Assembly: GCA_964270895.1 (NCBI GenBank)
Contig: OZ185436.1
DNA length: 64,000 nucleotides
From: Podarcis filfolensis
Lineage: Eukaryota
Strand: one strand, 5' to 3'
Below the pieces are notes generated by a model. It was not told the origin of the DNA. It did no database searches and worked only from the letters and a program-made list of their open reading frames with translations. The translations under genes and the position numbers were made by a program. Shown here one piece after another: positions 37,925 to 50,849 of this stretch; the stretch's first letter is position 1, and the number at the start of each line of letters is the position of its first letter.

Positions 37925-38605
37925 CAAGAACTAACTTAGTTGGTCTTTAAGGTGCTACTGGAAGGAAAATTTTTTTTTTGTTTTGACTATGGCAGGCCAA
38001 CACGGCTACCTATCTGTAAGGTGTAGAAGTCCCCTCATAGATAGACTGCAATGTGTGGTCCAGCTGGTCAATTGTCTATGGAGCGCCACTGACCCCCCGA
38101 TGTGCAACAATATTCTAGAAACCATTTATGGCATGCCTCCTCAGGTATAGAGTGTAAGCGCCTAAGCCACCCTTATATGCTATTAATACTAATTTTTTGT
38201 CTGATAAAACTGAGAAGATTGCACTTCTGGCTACTAAGCTGAAAAGAGGTTAGTATCTTCTAATTCTATAGCTCCACACAGGCAACCAACTTACTAAGTG
38301 GTAAGGAATTTTCTACCATGCTTTGTCTTAGCTGTCTGAATACATGAAGACATGGGTTTGGAGGTAGTCAATAATGGCTGACACAGATGGAACCAAAAAG
38401 ATATTCCTTCTTCAATAATCAAATAATTGAGGGAGGAAGGCAGAGAAACATTTTTATTGTAAAGTGTCATTTTTATTATGTTTTGGAATTAGAAGGGAAA
38501 AGACAATGCACAACCAAACAAACTGAGTGTTGAAGAGAAAAGGAGGACTATTAAAGTCCTATCTTATACAGGAAGCTTCAGAAATATAATCTCCAATTTA
38601 ATATA

Positions 38606-38831
38606 CAGTGGTAGCTCGGGTTAAGTACTTAATTCATTCTGAAGGTCTGTTCTTAACCTGAAACTGTTCTTAACTTGAAGCACCACTTTAGCTAATGGGG
38701 CCTCCTGCTGCCGCTGCGCTGCCGCTGCACGATTTCTGTTCTCATCCTGAAGCAAAGTTCTTAACCCGAGGTACTATTTCTGGGTTAGTGGAGTCTGTAA
38801 CCTGAAGTGTATGTAACCCGAGGTACCACTT
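38606..38831 (+). mobile_element. Tc1/mariner-superfamily (Tigger/pogo-like) MITE, 226 bp
   Basis: TIR cagtggtagctcgggtta / taacccgaggtaccactt; TA on both flanks. Confidence 0.85.
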
Positions 38832-39269
38832 TAGAGCTGATAGGGTAACTCGTCTAAGCCGTTTGACAATTTTATTTAGTGTGCATTTTGAATTTAAAGA
38901 TGTTTAACTGGCTACTTTTACTTTATCTGCTCTTTGTGTGATATTGCTTATTTGTAATTTTTCACTGTGAATTTTAAATGTTTATGCTGATGTAGTTGTT
39001 TTAAGCATGTGATACACTTTTTAATGGCATTAATGTGAGATCCCTGTCCTACAGAATTTCTAAAATGTGGTGCAGTTTTTTCTGTCAAACATCTGACTGT
39101 GGGGTAAAAGATGAGAGCCCTTTCTCAATGAGACTTCCCAAATTTACCATTTGGTAAATTGGTGAGCCGAATCCATGGCACGTGACACTGAGAGGGGGAA
39201 GATATTCCTCCGAGCTAATTTCATGACTACTGTATTTTCCCCCTTAGGGAACAGAACCTAACTATTACT

Positions 39270-39360
39270 GCAGGCCAGGGGTACAGCATTTACATGCAGA
39301 AGGTCCCAATTTATTTCCTGACAGGCCTGGGAAAGACCCCTGTGAAATCCTGATGGTTTT
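39270..39360 (+). mobile_element. tRNA-derived SINE head remnant
   Basis: catttacatgcagaaggtccca...ggcctgggaaagacccctgtgaaatcctg, related to 1451-1592. Confidence 0.45.
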
Positions 39361-40344
39361 GTGAGGTCAGTTTTGAGAGTCTCTGTGGGATGTGCATACA
39401 AAATATTGCTTTTATGATGCGAAAGTACACAGAGCATATGCCTTCACATCTATTACTTAAAGCACAATCTACTTTTTTAAATGTCCCAAATTCCCCACCC
39501 CAGAAAAAATCCTCTAAGAGAGAATGCTTTATTGGTGAGGATATATTAAGTATCTACTTCCCGAAGCAAAGAGCTGGGAATTAGAGACAAGACACTGCAG
39601 CGATGCATGGTGGAGTTCGTCTTCACTCCATGGCAACAGAACAACTGACTAACTAATTAAGGGTGGAGCAAGAGCAACCACAGAATCCTACTAAGCCAGC
39701 CATGGTCATCTTTACTGCTGCACTTCAACCCACTTTTAAAGAAACAAACAAGCTTCCCCACATTTATTACTTGGCAGGTTGATCATCTGCTTTCACCCCA
39801 TGTCTCTATCTCCCATTAAATTAACATGCATCAAGTCATTCCAAAAGAGCCCTGAGATGCACTTTGGGATCCAAGTCTATGAAAAAGTAGTAAACCAGGG
39901 GTATCCTTCCGGAAGCCAATTCTCCCTAAATATATTACAGGATATGAAGCTGAGATGCCGGCTGCTTTGTAAGCCTGGAGCACAGCTCTAGATTTTCTCA
40001 AATGCTGCTGCTAGGAATGGGCTCCTTCCTAGGCCAAGGAGATTCTTTTCATAGGGGTGCATCCCAGAAACATTCCGTGGATTTTCCATCTCAGCTTTGT
40101 ACGAGGTGCATATGGCGAGGCTTGACATCCTTTGGTGGCAGTTCTCCAGGAATTAGGGAGCTGGACTGGACTTACTTGCACCTAGATCATTTCCAACTAC
40201 ATTTGGTCCATGTTTTCAGAGCAGAAACAGTGCAAGGGTCAGTGTGGTGCAGCGGTTAGAGTTTTGTATTAGGACCTGGGAGACCGGGGTTGAAATCTCC
40301 ACTCACCTATGAAGCTCACTGCGTTACCTTAGGCAGTGGCTGTC

Positions 40345-40478
40345 TTTTTTTTTCTAGAAAAATAGGTGCCAGTACTCACCACGAAGTTGTTACAGTAAGT
40401 GTCACAACTTTTTAACCAAAAAAAGAGGTGCTGGTACTGAGTGCCCTTCCCTTGAGTACCCCCTGAAAAAAAGCACTG
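40345..40478. mobile_element. MITE-like insert ending gaaaaaaagcactg
   Basis: ttttttttctagaaaaataggtgccagtactc...gaggtgctggtactgag...cctgaaaaaaagcactg; left end eroded, no clear TSD. Confidence 0.5.
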
Positions 40479-40539
40479 CTTACAGGGTTCTTGAGGACAA
40501 AATGGGGAGAGAAAAACCAATGTATTTGAGCAATACACT

Positions 40540-40798
40540 GGAGAGCCAGTGTGGTGTAGTGGTTAAGAGCGGTAGTCTTGCAATCTGGGGAACCGGGTTC
40601 GCGTCTCCGCTCCTCCACATGCAGCTGCTGGGTGACCTTGGGCTAGTCACACTTCTCTGAAGTCTCTCAGTCCCACTCACCTCACAGAGTGTTTGTTGTG
40701 GGGGAGGAAGGGAAAGGAGATTGTTAGCCGCTTTGAGACTCCTGAAGGGGAGTGAAAGGCGGGATATCAAATCCAAACTCTTCTTCTTCTTCTTCTTC
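40540..40798 (+). mobile_element. Young tRNA/CORE SINE (Squam3-like) with (CTT)n tail
   Basis: A-box tggtgtagtgg, B-box gggttcgcgtc, CORE-like gggtgaccttgggctagtcac, L2-like 3' end ggcgggatatcaaatccaaact, (CTT)n tail; CpGs retained. Confidence 0.85.
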
Positions 40799-40851
40799 AA
40801 TGTGGAGGAAAGGTGGGGTATACATCAAAAATTTTAAAGAAACTGCTCATA

Positions 40852-41077
40852 CAGTGGAACCTCGGGTTACAAACACTTCGGGTTACAGACTCCGCTAACC
40901 TGGAAGTAGTACTTCGGGTTAAGAACTTTACCTCAGGATGAGAACAGAAATTGCGCACCAGCAGCATGGCAGCTGTAGGAGGCCCCATTAACTAAAGTGG
41001 TACCTCAGGTTAAGAACAGTTTCAGGTTAAGAACGGACTTCCGGAACAAATTAAGTTTGTAACCAGAGGTACCACTG
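40852..41077 (-). mobile_element. Second 226-bp Tigger/pogo-like MITE, inverted relative to 38606-38831
   Basis: TIR cagtggaacctc / gaggtaccactg; TA TSD both sides; internal sequence is the reverse complement of the first copy. Confidence 0.88.
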
Positions 41078-42469
41078 TACAAGATAAAATGAAAAGAACA
41101 CAATCATGGTTGCTCAAGCCTTGATTTCAACCACTGGATGGTGAAAGTTATCCATAAATGGCAAAACCTATAAAAGAGGCAGAGTATGCCCAATTGTCCA
41201 TTCCTGCATCCTACATTTTGGCATACAAAGAGTTCTAGACTAGATCAGAAGGAAACAAATAAGAAATTGTAGAGCATAATCAATGTCCATAGATATCAGG
41301 AACTCAAAGAAACTCTTCCCTTGTCACTGACCGTGTTGACTATACTGGCTTCATACTTCTGCACCTCATGTCTCCCAGAAGGAGGAAAAGATAACATTCA
41401 CCTGTCTAGCAAAAAACCATTTGCAAACATTCAGGAAAAGCATTAATCCAACAGGTGGGCCAAGTGATATATCATGAGCCTCCTGTCAGTAAACAGATAT
41501 GATTAACGACCACACTGCCTCATTTTACTGAGGTCTGACTGCTAACTTCTCTGGCGCATTGCTGCGGTTCTCACAGAACAGTTCCCAGCACTCGGCAGAC
41601 TCCTCATAGCAGCTGCTAAATGAAAACTTAAAAAGTGTATTTTGAATAAAACAAGAGGGATTTTACCTTCTGTGTCAGAAATGATAAATAGTTTCCAATG
41701 AGTTCCTGCTGGGAACCAGGGCGCTAATGTCGCATTTGGCCCACGTGGGGAGGACCACAGCGCCCCAGCCAAAAGCTCCAGTGCTCCCAGCAGAGTCACT
41801 CAGCAGCCTCACTCTCTTCACCCTTCCCCATCCAGTCAGATTATATGGAGAGCACCAGGGGAGGTAATGCTAAGTATGTCAGGCTGTGTCTGCTCCAGAC
41901 ACAATAATGGAAACAGGAAAGCTATGCATACATACAGATACAGAGGCTGCATTAAGTAATAAGAACCAGAAGAAACAACCCACTTTGCAGCCAGGACAGC
42001 AGCACTGTTTGGAAGGATGGTAATTCTGGGCCAGGATGGAATCAGGTTTTGAAGTGTGCAATATGGCTAGAACTTGAAAAGAGGATACTAATGCATAGAA
42101 GACTGGTGACTCTGACTAAGAAAGAGTACTGATCTGATGTTGTCCATCTTGTGTCATCTACAAAAAATGTTGCTGATTAAACTGCCTTACTCTGCCCTTA
42201 GTTCTACAAAGGGATTCCACTATCTGTTTCCTAGAATATGAGAAAGCTCTTCCTAAAATAACTGTGGGAACAAAAAACAGCAAATAAATGGCCGATTAGC
42301 AAAAACTGGAGTCAAACCCCGACACCAGCTCTTGTCAGGACACACAAGGAACACAACTAAAGATGGAATTATAGACTTGTGATGAAGTCATACATTTAAA
42401 ATCCTCTCTCTGGAGAGAGCTGCAAGAATGAATAGGTCTGGTTTGCACAGTGGGGATCTAGAGCAGGAA

Positions 42470-42565
42470 CAGGTAACCTGTGGCCCTCCAGATGTTGGAG
42501 GGCTACAACTCCCATCATCCCTGATCATGTTGGCTGGGGCTAATAACAACTAGAGTCCAACAGCT
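42470..42565. mobile_element. Palindromic MITE remnant
   Basis: ctgtggccctccagatgttggagggctacaactcccatcatccctg. Confidence 0.6.
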
Positions 42566-45500
42566 TCTTCATCATCCTTGAGCTGGTGTTAAGAAACAAT
42601 TGTCTAAATTGCATTGGCTGTTGATGCTTGCCTGAGTGTGGGGCATAACAAGAAGAATTCTAAGCTATAAATACTTCATTTACCTTTGCATATGGTATAG
42701 TGTGGAGCAAAACTGGAATACAGGACTCGGATATGCATTCCAGTCACTGGGCTGAGCTTCTGGGTCCACGTCTCTCAAAGTGTCTTCCTATCTTTGTTGC
42801 CCTGTCTGTCGCCCAACACATGCCCTTCCTTGCCTTTCACGAGCCATTGCCAAAACATTGTTACAGAAATAGAAAATCTAATTTGGATTATCTATGATGC
42901 AGCCTTTGAGTCGTGATTTTACTAATTTAGCCCAAGGAGAGCTTAGACACATTTAGGACACCCTGAGAAGGAGAGCCGGACACATTTAGGAGCACCAAGG
43001 ACACTGAAAATGTTGAAACAGATGCACCATCTTCTTCCCACTGAGCTGGCGGCAAGATTAAAGAGCTCACATCCCTGATTTTGGCAAGCGCAAAAGCAAT
43101 TCCCTTAAATGCAGGATGCTCTTATAAGCACTTTTGTATATTGTATCTAATCAACATGCTCTCTGAACAACCTGGAGATATGATTAGACTCTGCACAATT
43201 CAAGCAGCTGATGTGATGACAAGAAAGCTGCCAATTCTCATTTCCCAAACAGGACGTGGTATGATTGCTTTTCCCTCCAGTTTACATAGACCTAATTTAA
43301 TAGTTAGCCTGAAAGATCCTTTTAATTGATTTTTTAAAATCATCCATCTTTATCATCCACAGCACAAATCATCACAAGAAGGCTATCAAAAAGGCCCAGT
43401 AGTCAGCTCAGGATAATTTGAGATGAATACTGCTTCATGCAATCCATGGCAAGTCTCGCTAAATCCTTCTGCAGAATCAAGTACAAAGAATACATTTAGC
43501 AATTTTACAGTGCGAGAGACGCAGGTCAAGCACTCTGTTTGAGTGCCCAAAGCGTAATTCTTGCTCAATAAAGAACGTAAAATACTGTATTCTTAAGAAT
43601 CTGCCACATTCATATTGGGGGTGAAAAGAGGCCAGTGGTATTAATTCATTAAGACAGATTAATGCGGCCTCAGCTCACCCGCCCCCAATTGCATAAATGC
43701 AATTATGACTTTCCTTGATTAGCTGCCAATGTGATATAAGTCTAAGAGAAATGAACCTTTTCTACTGAGACAGAACAATAAATGGGTTTCCTTGAATACA
43801 GTGGTTGAGGAATCCAAGTTCCTGACCTCAAATGTTTTACTAGTAGTGCTCTATGCAGTAGGGAACGATCAGAATGACATTTGCTGAAACGCGGGTGATT
43901 TACGATATAATTGGTTCTGCACATGTGCCAAGAGTAAAACTCCTAAACCCAACAAAAATCAAGATTAATTACTGATTAACATATGAAAAGGGAATAGTGC
44001 GATACAGGTGGCGCAACAAGCTTACTCCCCCTCTACAAACTTGTGATTAAGGAAGTTATTTCTGAGGTCATATTAAGCCCAATGCATCTTCCCCTGCACT
44101 CTCTCTGGGAAAAGGAAGAAGGACTGTTACTCAGCTTTTTCACTACATGCTCTGGACTTCCATAAACAAATGCTAGGCGGTTTTTCAGAGGCAGAGGCAG
44201 CAATGGGTGAATGAGCAGTCAGAATGGGGAAGGTGCTATTAGTGCCTAGTCTTTATAGTACAGACTGCCTATGTTGCGTGGGCAAATTACTTACAGATTA
44301 TTCATCCCAGAAGCATAAACTGTGAAAAACGGAAGAAAAGCAGCTTCTACTTACTTACTGCTCCAGAACAACCAGTTTTCACTTTTCCTGCCATAAAAGG
44401 GGGTTAGTTAGCTGCAACTGCATCATGTAGCCTGCAATATAAATGTCTAAAACAGAATTTAATTGCCAAAGAGCACCAAACTGATCCTGAGTATGCGATG
44501 GAACCAGGTAATGCTAAAATGCCATTTACTAACCTACCTTGGGGTTTAAAAGTGAGTTTGAGAAACATCAGAAGCCTAAAATGCCAGAGTTCTTGAACAA
44601 TATGAAAAACGCTAACATCTTGCACAAATATTTTAAAGTCCTTCTATATCCCTTTTGTCATATTTTATTTGTAATGAAACACCTAGCACTGCAAATGGAG
44701 TGCTCTACGAGTAAAAAAAACAGTATTATAAGAGTCAATGACATTGTAAAAAGCCATCAGATTCTTATCACCCCCACTGGTTCCAAATTTGTCAACTGAG
44801 AAATTATGTAACCATGGAAATTTTTAGAAAATGAACCTTGTACTCAGGATTTGAATACTAAGTTCTAACAACAGACAATACTAAGGGGTTACCATCAAAA
44901 ATATATCGTCTTCTAATGAAATAAGTGTTACAGAAAAAGGATTTTTTTTTAGAAAGAGATGGGTAAAATGACTGACACTTCTATGCAGATGGACATCTGT
45001 TTTTACTGGCACAGCAAGCAATGCCATCTGTGTCAGTTTTAGCTTTTTTATCAACTGTAATATAGCTGGTATTTAACCCTAAATAAATTAAATAAAACTG
45101 ATAAGAACAAAACATACGGATGTTGAAAATGTGGACAAATAGCAGCTGATGATCTCCATATGTGATGGCACTGTCCCAAAATTCAAGAATGCAAGGACTC
45201 AAACAGAGAAGATATCCAAAGGACAGGTGGTTATGATTTAAAGCTGAGACCAAAGATACGACTTATTGTATACTGCTTAGAGAGCTCTTCAATTGAGCGG
45301 TTTATAAATCTTCTAAATAAAATAAAATCATATATGTGAACCGGGTCCTAACAGATGGTGACTGACCATGAGTCAACAGCTCAATGAAGATCTTGTTGTG
45401 AAAAAGGCAAAATAGGGTGGTTTTTCCATAACAGTTAGACAGGGAATGTTTCGTTTTGCCCTTAAGTGGTCAGCCCTTCCATCTAGGACATTTCTACTTC

Positions 45501-48488
45501 CCACTACACAAGAATATGAAAAAATGTCCTTGCAATCTCCTAAGATTCCCTGCTATTATTCTAGCTCAATCATCTCTTCCTCTCTAAAGATCACATCAAT
45601 ATATCACTAGCAGTCAAGCAAAATAGTAAAAAGCCTAAGTTATTGCAAGCGTGCAGTGGAATGGATTTGGTAATCATCAAGAGAGTGATTTGTATTAAAA
45701 CAGCAATATAGACCTCTAGAGGAAGTAGCAACTGCCTTAAAAAATTTTTTAAATGACACAATGTTGATTTTGTGCTGGGGTAAAAACAAAGAGGGTAATG
45801 TTGCCATTTCCAAAACTGTTCTTTAGCTGCTTTCTGGTAAAAAGAAATCATTTCCACTGGATGCATAGCTTCCTCCACCCTGAAGGGCTGGAGCAAGAGA
45901 CAAAGTATTAGTATACAAGAAGAAACACAAAGAAAGATATTAAGATTTCAGAGCTTTGTCAGCGGATCCACAGCCATCACAAAATAGCCAGAATGCAAGT
46001 ATTTTATACTACTCCCAGAGCACACACTACAAACCTGTTCCTCTAGAGAAGGGAGTGCACCCCCTTCCTGAACAGGTTGTCCTCCTAATTTCCAGACACA
46101 GGACTTGCCTGTCCATCCCAGCTCCATCTTATCAGGACTCGGCCTTAGTTTACTGATCCTCATTCAGCCCATCACTTCCTCCAGACACTGGTCCAGCACT
46201 GCACAGCTGCTACTACTGATTCAAACAGAACGGAGAGATGGAATGGGTGTCATCCGCGTAAGGGTAGCGCAGAGACCCAAATCTTTGGATGACAGCAGGC
46301 CAGGAGAGCAGCACAAACATGCAGAGGGGGACCCAAACAGTATAGTTACAGAGTGTCAATTTCTCCCAAATAGTATCTGAACTATTTCATAAATGATAGA
46401 CATTAATTGGAAGCAGCTGCAAGATGATTCATTCTTCCATAGATAATTACATATACTTATGTGAATCATTCATTTGGGTAATTTCAAAGATTTTTTTTAA
46501 AAAAACCCTTTGGGATGAAGCAAGTTAAGCCAGGCAACAGGTCTTTTACAAGGAAGCTGTGTGAAATGGCAATTGCACTAGCTGTCAACATATATCCACT
46601 TTAAGACAGAGAAACACTGACAATGGCAAGAGGACTAATGTGGCATGCCTGTCAGGCGTTTTTTAGTTCCATTCAAACTGGTCTGTACCCCACAGTTAAG
46701 CCTATCTTTCAAATCTTACCTCCAAAAGCAAATAAATAAACAAGGGAGCATTTAAAATGTAATATCCAACCACTATTTTGATTTTAAATATTTTTTACCT
46801 GTTCTAATTTTATTAAGAGCAATTTAAAAGGGGAAAAAAAATTCCCCTCTGATTATTGCCTATCAGGTAAATTTGGAAATGCACAAAAGTTAAGCATCAA
46901 ACCAAGATGTGAAAGGCTTGAAGCTAGTTCAAGGACCACATTCCAGAGAGATGCACCAACCACTTCTGGAACTGGGCTAGTAATCTCAGCAGCAGTCCTC
47001 CGATACACATGGCAAGCCCCTTTTGAAGGCTGGCAGACTTTTAAAAGCAAAATGGGATTGGCAGCTTAAGTGTAAAAAAACAAAAAACAAAAACCCAACC
47101 CTAAGGATCCTGACCAATTGGTACAGAGGATCAATTTGTAGAAATAACAGTGTGTTGGGTTAAGATGACAAACCTTGGAGTCTTCAAATACTGGTTTTAG
47201 AATATGGGGGAAAAAAACACCATTCATTTTTTCAAAGCTACAATAGAAATGGTTACACTGATGTAAATGGCTGGTTCACTGTCAGTATTATTTTATTAAC
47301 ATTTGGTGGCAGTTACTATATTTTGGAAATTCAATTGAATATATTTAACTTTGCAATTCCTTATTTCAAACATTAGTTTGTTGTATTTTAAGGGCATCTC
47401 TATTCTTAAAGTACCTCTGACCCCAATGGCTATTATCAAATGCAGTATGAACTCTCAAGCACATACCGCTAATATTTCAGAGTTTCACAAAATGTTCATC
47501 ATTACCCCCATCCTACCCACAAAGGGGGGGGAGGTTTATCAATGCTGCTAGCAGTTCCATAAATTTTACATCTCTACTCTAGTAAACAGGACTCAAATAC
47601 ATAAAATGTGGGAAGGGCAGTGGACAAGGTCATTGACTCATTTTTCATCCTCTAATAAATGAGGCCTATCCACATGGGGATGGGTGGAAAAACAGGACAG
47701 GCATTTGTTTGAAGACCTGGAATATTCTCTCTACTTTCCAACACACACAAGACACTTTCAGAGGTTCTGTAGAACTCAATTCCAGCAGAACATAGGAATC
47801 TAACTCTGCACTCTGCACACAGGTGCTGGAAAATTTAAGTTTTTGACGTTACATGTAAAACAGTTTTCTTCATCCTACCTTCTCTCCTAACTCCACCCAA
47901 ATTATTTCCCTTTTTCATCCTAGTACCACCAATTGTTTATGTAACTGGAGAAGAGACAGACCTTCTTCTTCCCAAGTGATTTAAAGTACTCCAGTGTTAA
48001 AAGTAAAACAGAGAACACAAAGATGTTAAAATATTAATCATCTTGTGCAGCATCCACTGGGAGTAAGTGAAAAATGCAGAGCTTTGCAATTTGTTGGCCT
48101 CACTTCCTCACTAGGCACAAAGAGACTCCCTTTCCTGCACATATGGAGAATACTAGGGAAGGAATTTACCTTGGGGGCCATTTTTATCCATAGTTCAGTC
48201 TTCCATGTGAAAAGATCATAGTGCCCATCCCTGAGAGCTGGTACCTATTTCAGAATGCCTTAACCATGATTCAGAACATACACCTTTTAGGAGGTACTAG
48301 TACAGTACAAAAAAAATGTATATTGAAAAGCTGAGAGGGAATCAAATACCAGTGGTATTTGACCCCGGTTAAGTTAGCAAAAATGTACAGAACAAGTCCA
48401 AATACTTGTTGGAAATGTAAAGAAAAAGAAGGTACCTTTTATAATATGTGGTGGATGTGTAAAGTAACTAAAAGTTTCTGGGAGATGA

Positions 48489-49049
48489 ACGCAACAACAG
48501 CAGCAAGAATACTGATTGCAAAGTATTGGAAGACACAAGATTTACCCACCCTGGAAGAGTGGCAGATGAAGGTGATGGACTATATGGAATTGGCGGAAAT
48601 GACTGGCAGAATCCGAGACCTGGGAGAAGAGTTGGTGGAAGAAGACTGGAAGAAATTTAAAGACTATCTGCAGAAACACTGTAAAATTAATGAATGTTAA
48701 AATGATGTTGGATTGAAAATAAGTGGCATTAACAACAAAGTTAACAAGAGTATGCAAAATTGAACTGATAATGGATGAAAATATAGAGTTATAATATGTT
48801 AAGATACAGAGTTAAGATAAACGAAAGAGGGTAAGGATTTGCTGATTTGATTGTTTAAATGGGGATACAAAAAGGGGAGGTGTGAGGAGGCCAAGGAAAT
48901 AAGATAATGAGTTAGCGTTACAAAAATGGATTTGTTTTTACTCTTCTTTTTCTTATTTTATGTATTTTTCTGTTTTTTTGTATTTCTTTCTTTTTATATG
49001 ATTTTTTAAATTTATGTTTTCGTAAAACTTAAATAAATACCTTTTTAAA
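48489..49049 (+). mobile_element. Younger 5'-truncated L1 nested in the host L1
   Basis: ATTAARILIAKYWKTQDLPTLEEWQMKVMDY..CKINEC* plus its own 3' UTR and AATAAA; 19-bp TSD aaaagtttctgggagatga (48470-48488, 49050-49068). Confidence 0.9.
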
Positions 49050-49580
49050 AAAAGTTTCTGGGAGATGATATATAATGAAATGAAAAAAATGTTTAAAATA
49101 TCTTTTGTTAAAAAACCAGAAGCCTTTTTTATTAGGAATTATAGGTACCGAGATACCAAAGGACCAGAAAAGACTATTTATGTATGCGACAACAGCCGCA
49201 CGGATGCTATTAGCCCAGGGATGGAAGGAAGAGACAATCCCTACCAGAGAAGAAGGGCAAACCAAGTTGATGGACTACGCCGAAGTGGAGAAATTAACCG
49301 GGAAGCTTAGAAACCAAGAACATAAGAACTTTAAAAAAAGAATGGGAAAAAGTTTATAATTTATTTACAAGACGATTGTAAACAGGTTAAAACATTGGCA
49401 GGATTTTAGCCACACTTGTGAAGTAATGGAAAGTATGGACCATTTGGAAGGATAAAAATTTGGACAAGTACTGATATGCAGTTGTAAATATTATTAGGAC
49501 CCATGGAAGGGATGAGGGGAAGTCAGGAGATTCAGAGTAATCTTGATATTTGGATCTTGAATTGTTTTTTGTTGTATGTT

Positions 49581-49582
<2 letters not shown>

Positions 49583-49619
<37 letters not shown>
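49583..49619. repeat. (TG)18 microsatellite at the 3' end of the host L1
   Basis: Read directly. Confidence 0.95.
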
Positions 49620-49623
<4 letters not shown>

Positions 49624-50849
49624 AAAGCTGAGAGGGTGGTAGATTGCTTGTGCATTCCTGATCTGGGAACACAAAGCGCAAGAGAGCTACAGGCTCACAC
49701 GCGCTCTGGTTGTCTACACATGGAGGCAACTGCTTCATAGTGAATGTGTACAAGTTCCATGAAGATTAGATTACAATTGTCCAAAGTGACGTTCCCAAGA
49801 ACAAGATGCAACTCTCAGTCAACCCCTACCTCTTAAATTCTACGCAATCCCCAGCATAAAATTTAAAACCCAGTGCAATGTCCTATATGCTACAATTAGA
49901 CATATATAAAAGAGAAGTTAGAAAATAATAGATCCGAAACAAATGAGTAATGCAGACACCCAACCAGACACACTGGCATAAAGAACTATCTGAAGGACAC
50001 ATGAGGGGAAACCAATCTTAAAAGGTCACAAAACCATATTCTGCTTTGCAAATTGAACTCACCTCTTGAATTGCACCAAGAAGCAGATCAACAATGAACG
50101 CAGACCACAAAGATCTGCTGCGATGGGATCCCTGCAGCCAAATTGATCAAAGTGCAAATATATAATATATACATTCCACCACCATCTGCAGCTAGACAAG
50201 AACAATCGACTATTTTCTTCAGAAATACCAGTGATCAGAACTGATCTACTAAGAAGAAAGTAAGTTGGTAACAATGTACCATGAATAATAGGATTTCACT
50301 GCAAGGTTGAGTTTTCAAATATTCAAGTTAAAGGACACATTCTCCTCCTCACTCATCCCTAATGAATTGTATAGTTGAATGCAGGATTTTTTTGAGGAAA
50401 TGGAAGGACTGGAAGGGAGGATTTTGCATGCTGAAAATGACAGAATAATAGATTGGACAAACCAACAGCTCTGGCCAGTATGGCATCCTCTATTCCAAAA
50501 AGTGCTTATAAAACAGAAGATAAGTATTGTATGTGGTGTTTAAAAGCAAGAAAAATAAGAAAGGCTCTGGAAAGAAAATATTTGCCACTCTCCTCCTCAA
50601 AGCATTTTATTTCAAATAACCTCTGCTAATTGAGGGAAAAGATGAAGGATTGTGTGGGGAGGAAGGGTGGTGACTGACAAATTAAGATTGCATGAAACGG
50701 CTGTTCACTCTCAAAACAACCATTTCTGCTTCCAATGAGAATATTTAAATACCTCTTGAATTTATAAAGCATTGCAGATTCCTGAAGAACTGGAGGGAGA
50801 CCTTCTTTTGCCTTCAAGTTTTAATTTAGGATAAGGCAAAGATGAAGAC

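Larger units (their letters stand above)
37781..38016 (+). mobile_element. Penelope-like element (PLE) terminal-repeat insertion with inverted 5' duplication
   Basis: 12-bp TSD taaggtgtagaa (37769-37780, 38017-38028); perfect 82-bp inverted arms 37792-37873 / 37888-37969; tggtctttaaggtgctactgg and gactatggcaggccaacacggctac resemble reptile PLE pLTR ends (recall). Confidence 0.85.
40233..40825 (+). mobile_element. Old MIR/CORE-like SINE interrupted by two younger insertions
   Basis: Head agtgtggtgcagcggttagag...ggttgaaatc; body resumes cttacagggttcttgagg; tail ggaggaaaggtggggtatacat. Confidence 0.6.
48340..49621 (+). mobile_element. 5'-truncated L1 (host copy): ORF2 C-terminal Cys-rich domain + 3' UTR
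   Basis: YQWYLTPVKLAKMY..CWKCKEKEGTFYNMWWMC, then (after the insert) FWEMIYNEMKKMFK..FLLG..YATTAARMLLAQGWK; perfect 15-bp TSD gaaaagctgagaggg (48325-48339, 49622-49636); two apparent homopolymer frameshifts. Confidence 0.9.

Noticed and set aside
40540-40620. tRNA-like A/B boxes (also 3441-3461, 11193-11260)
   Set aside because: SINE heads with no cloverleaf or acceptor stem; not tRNA genes
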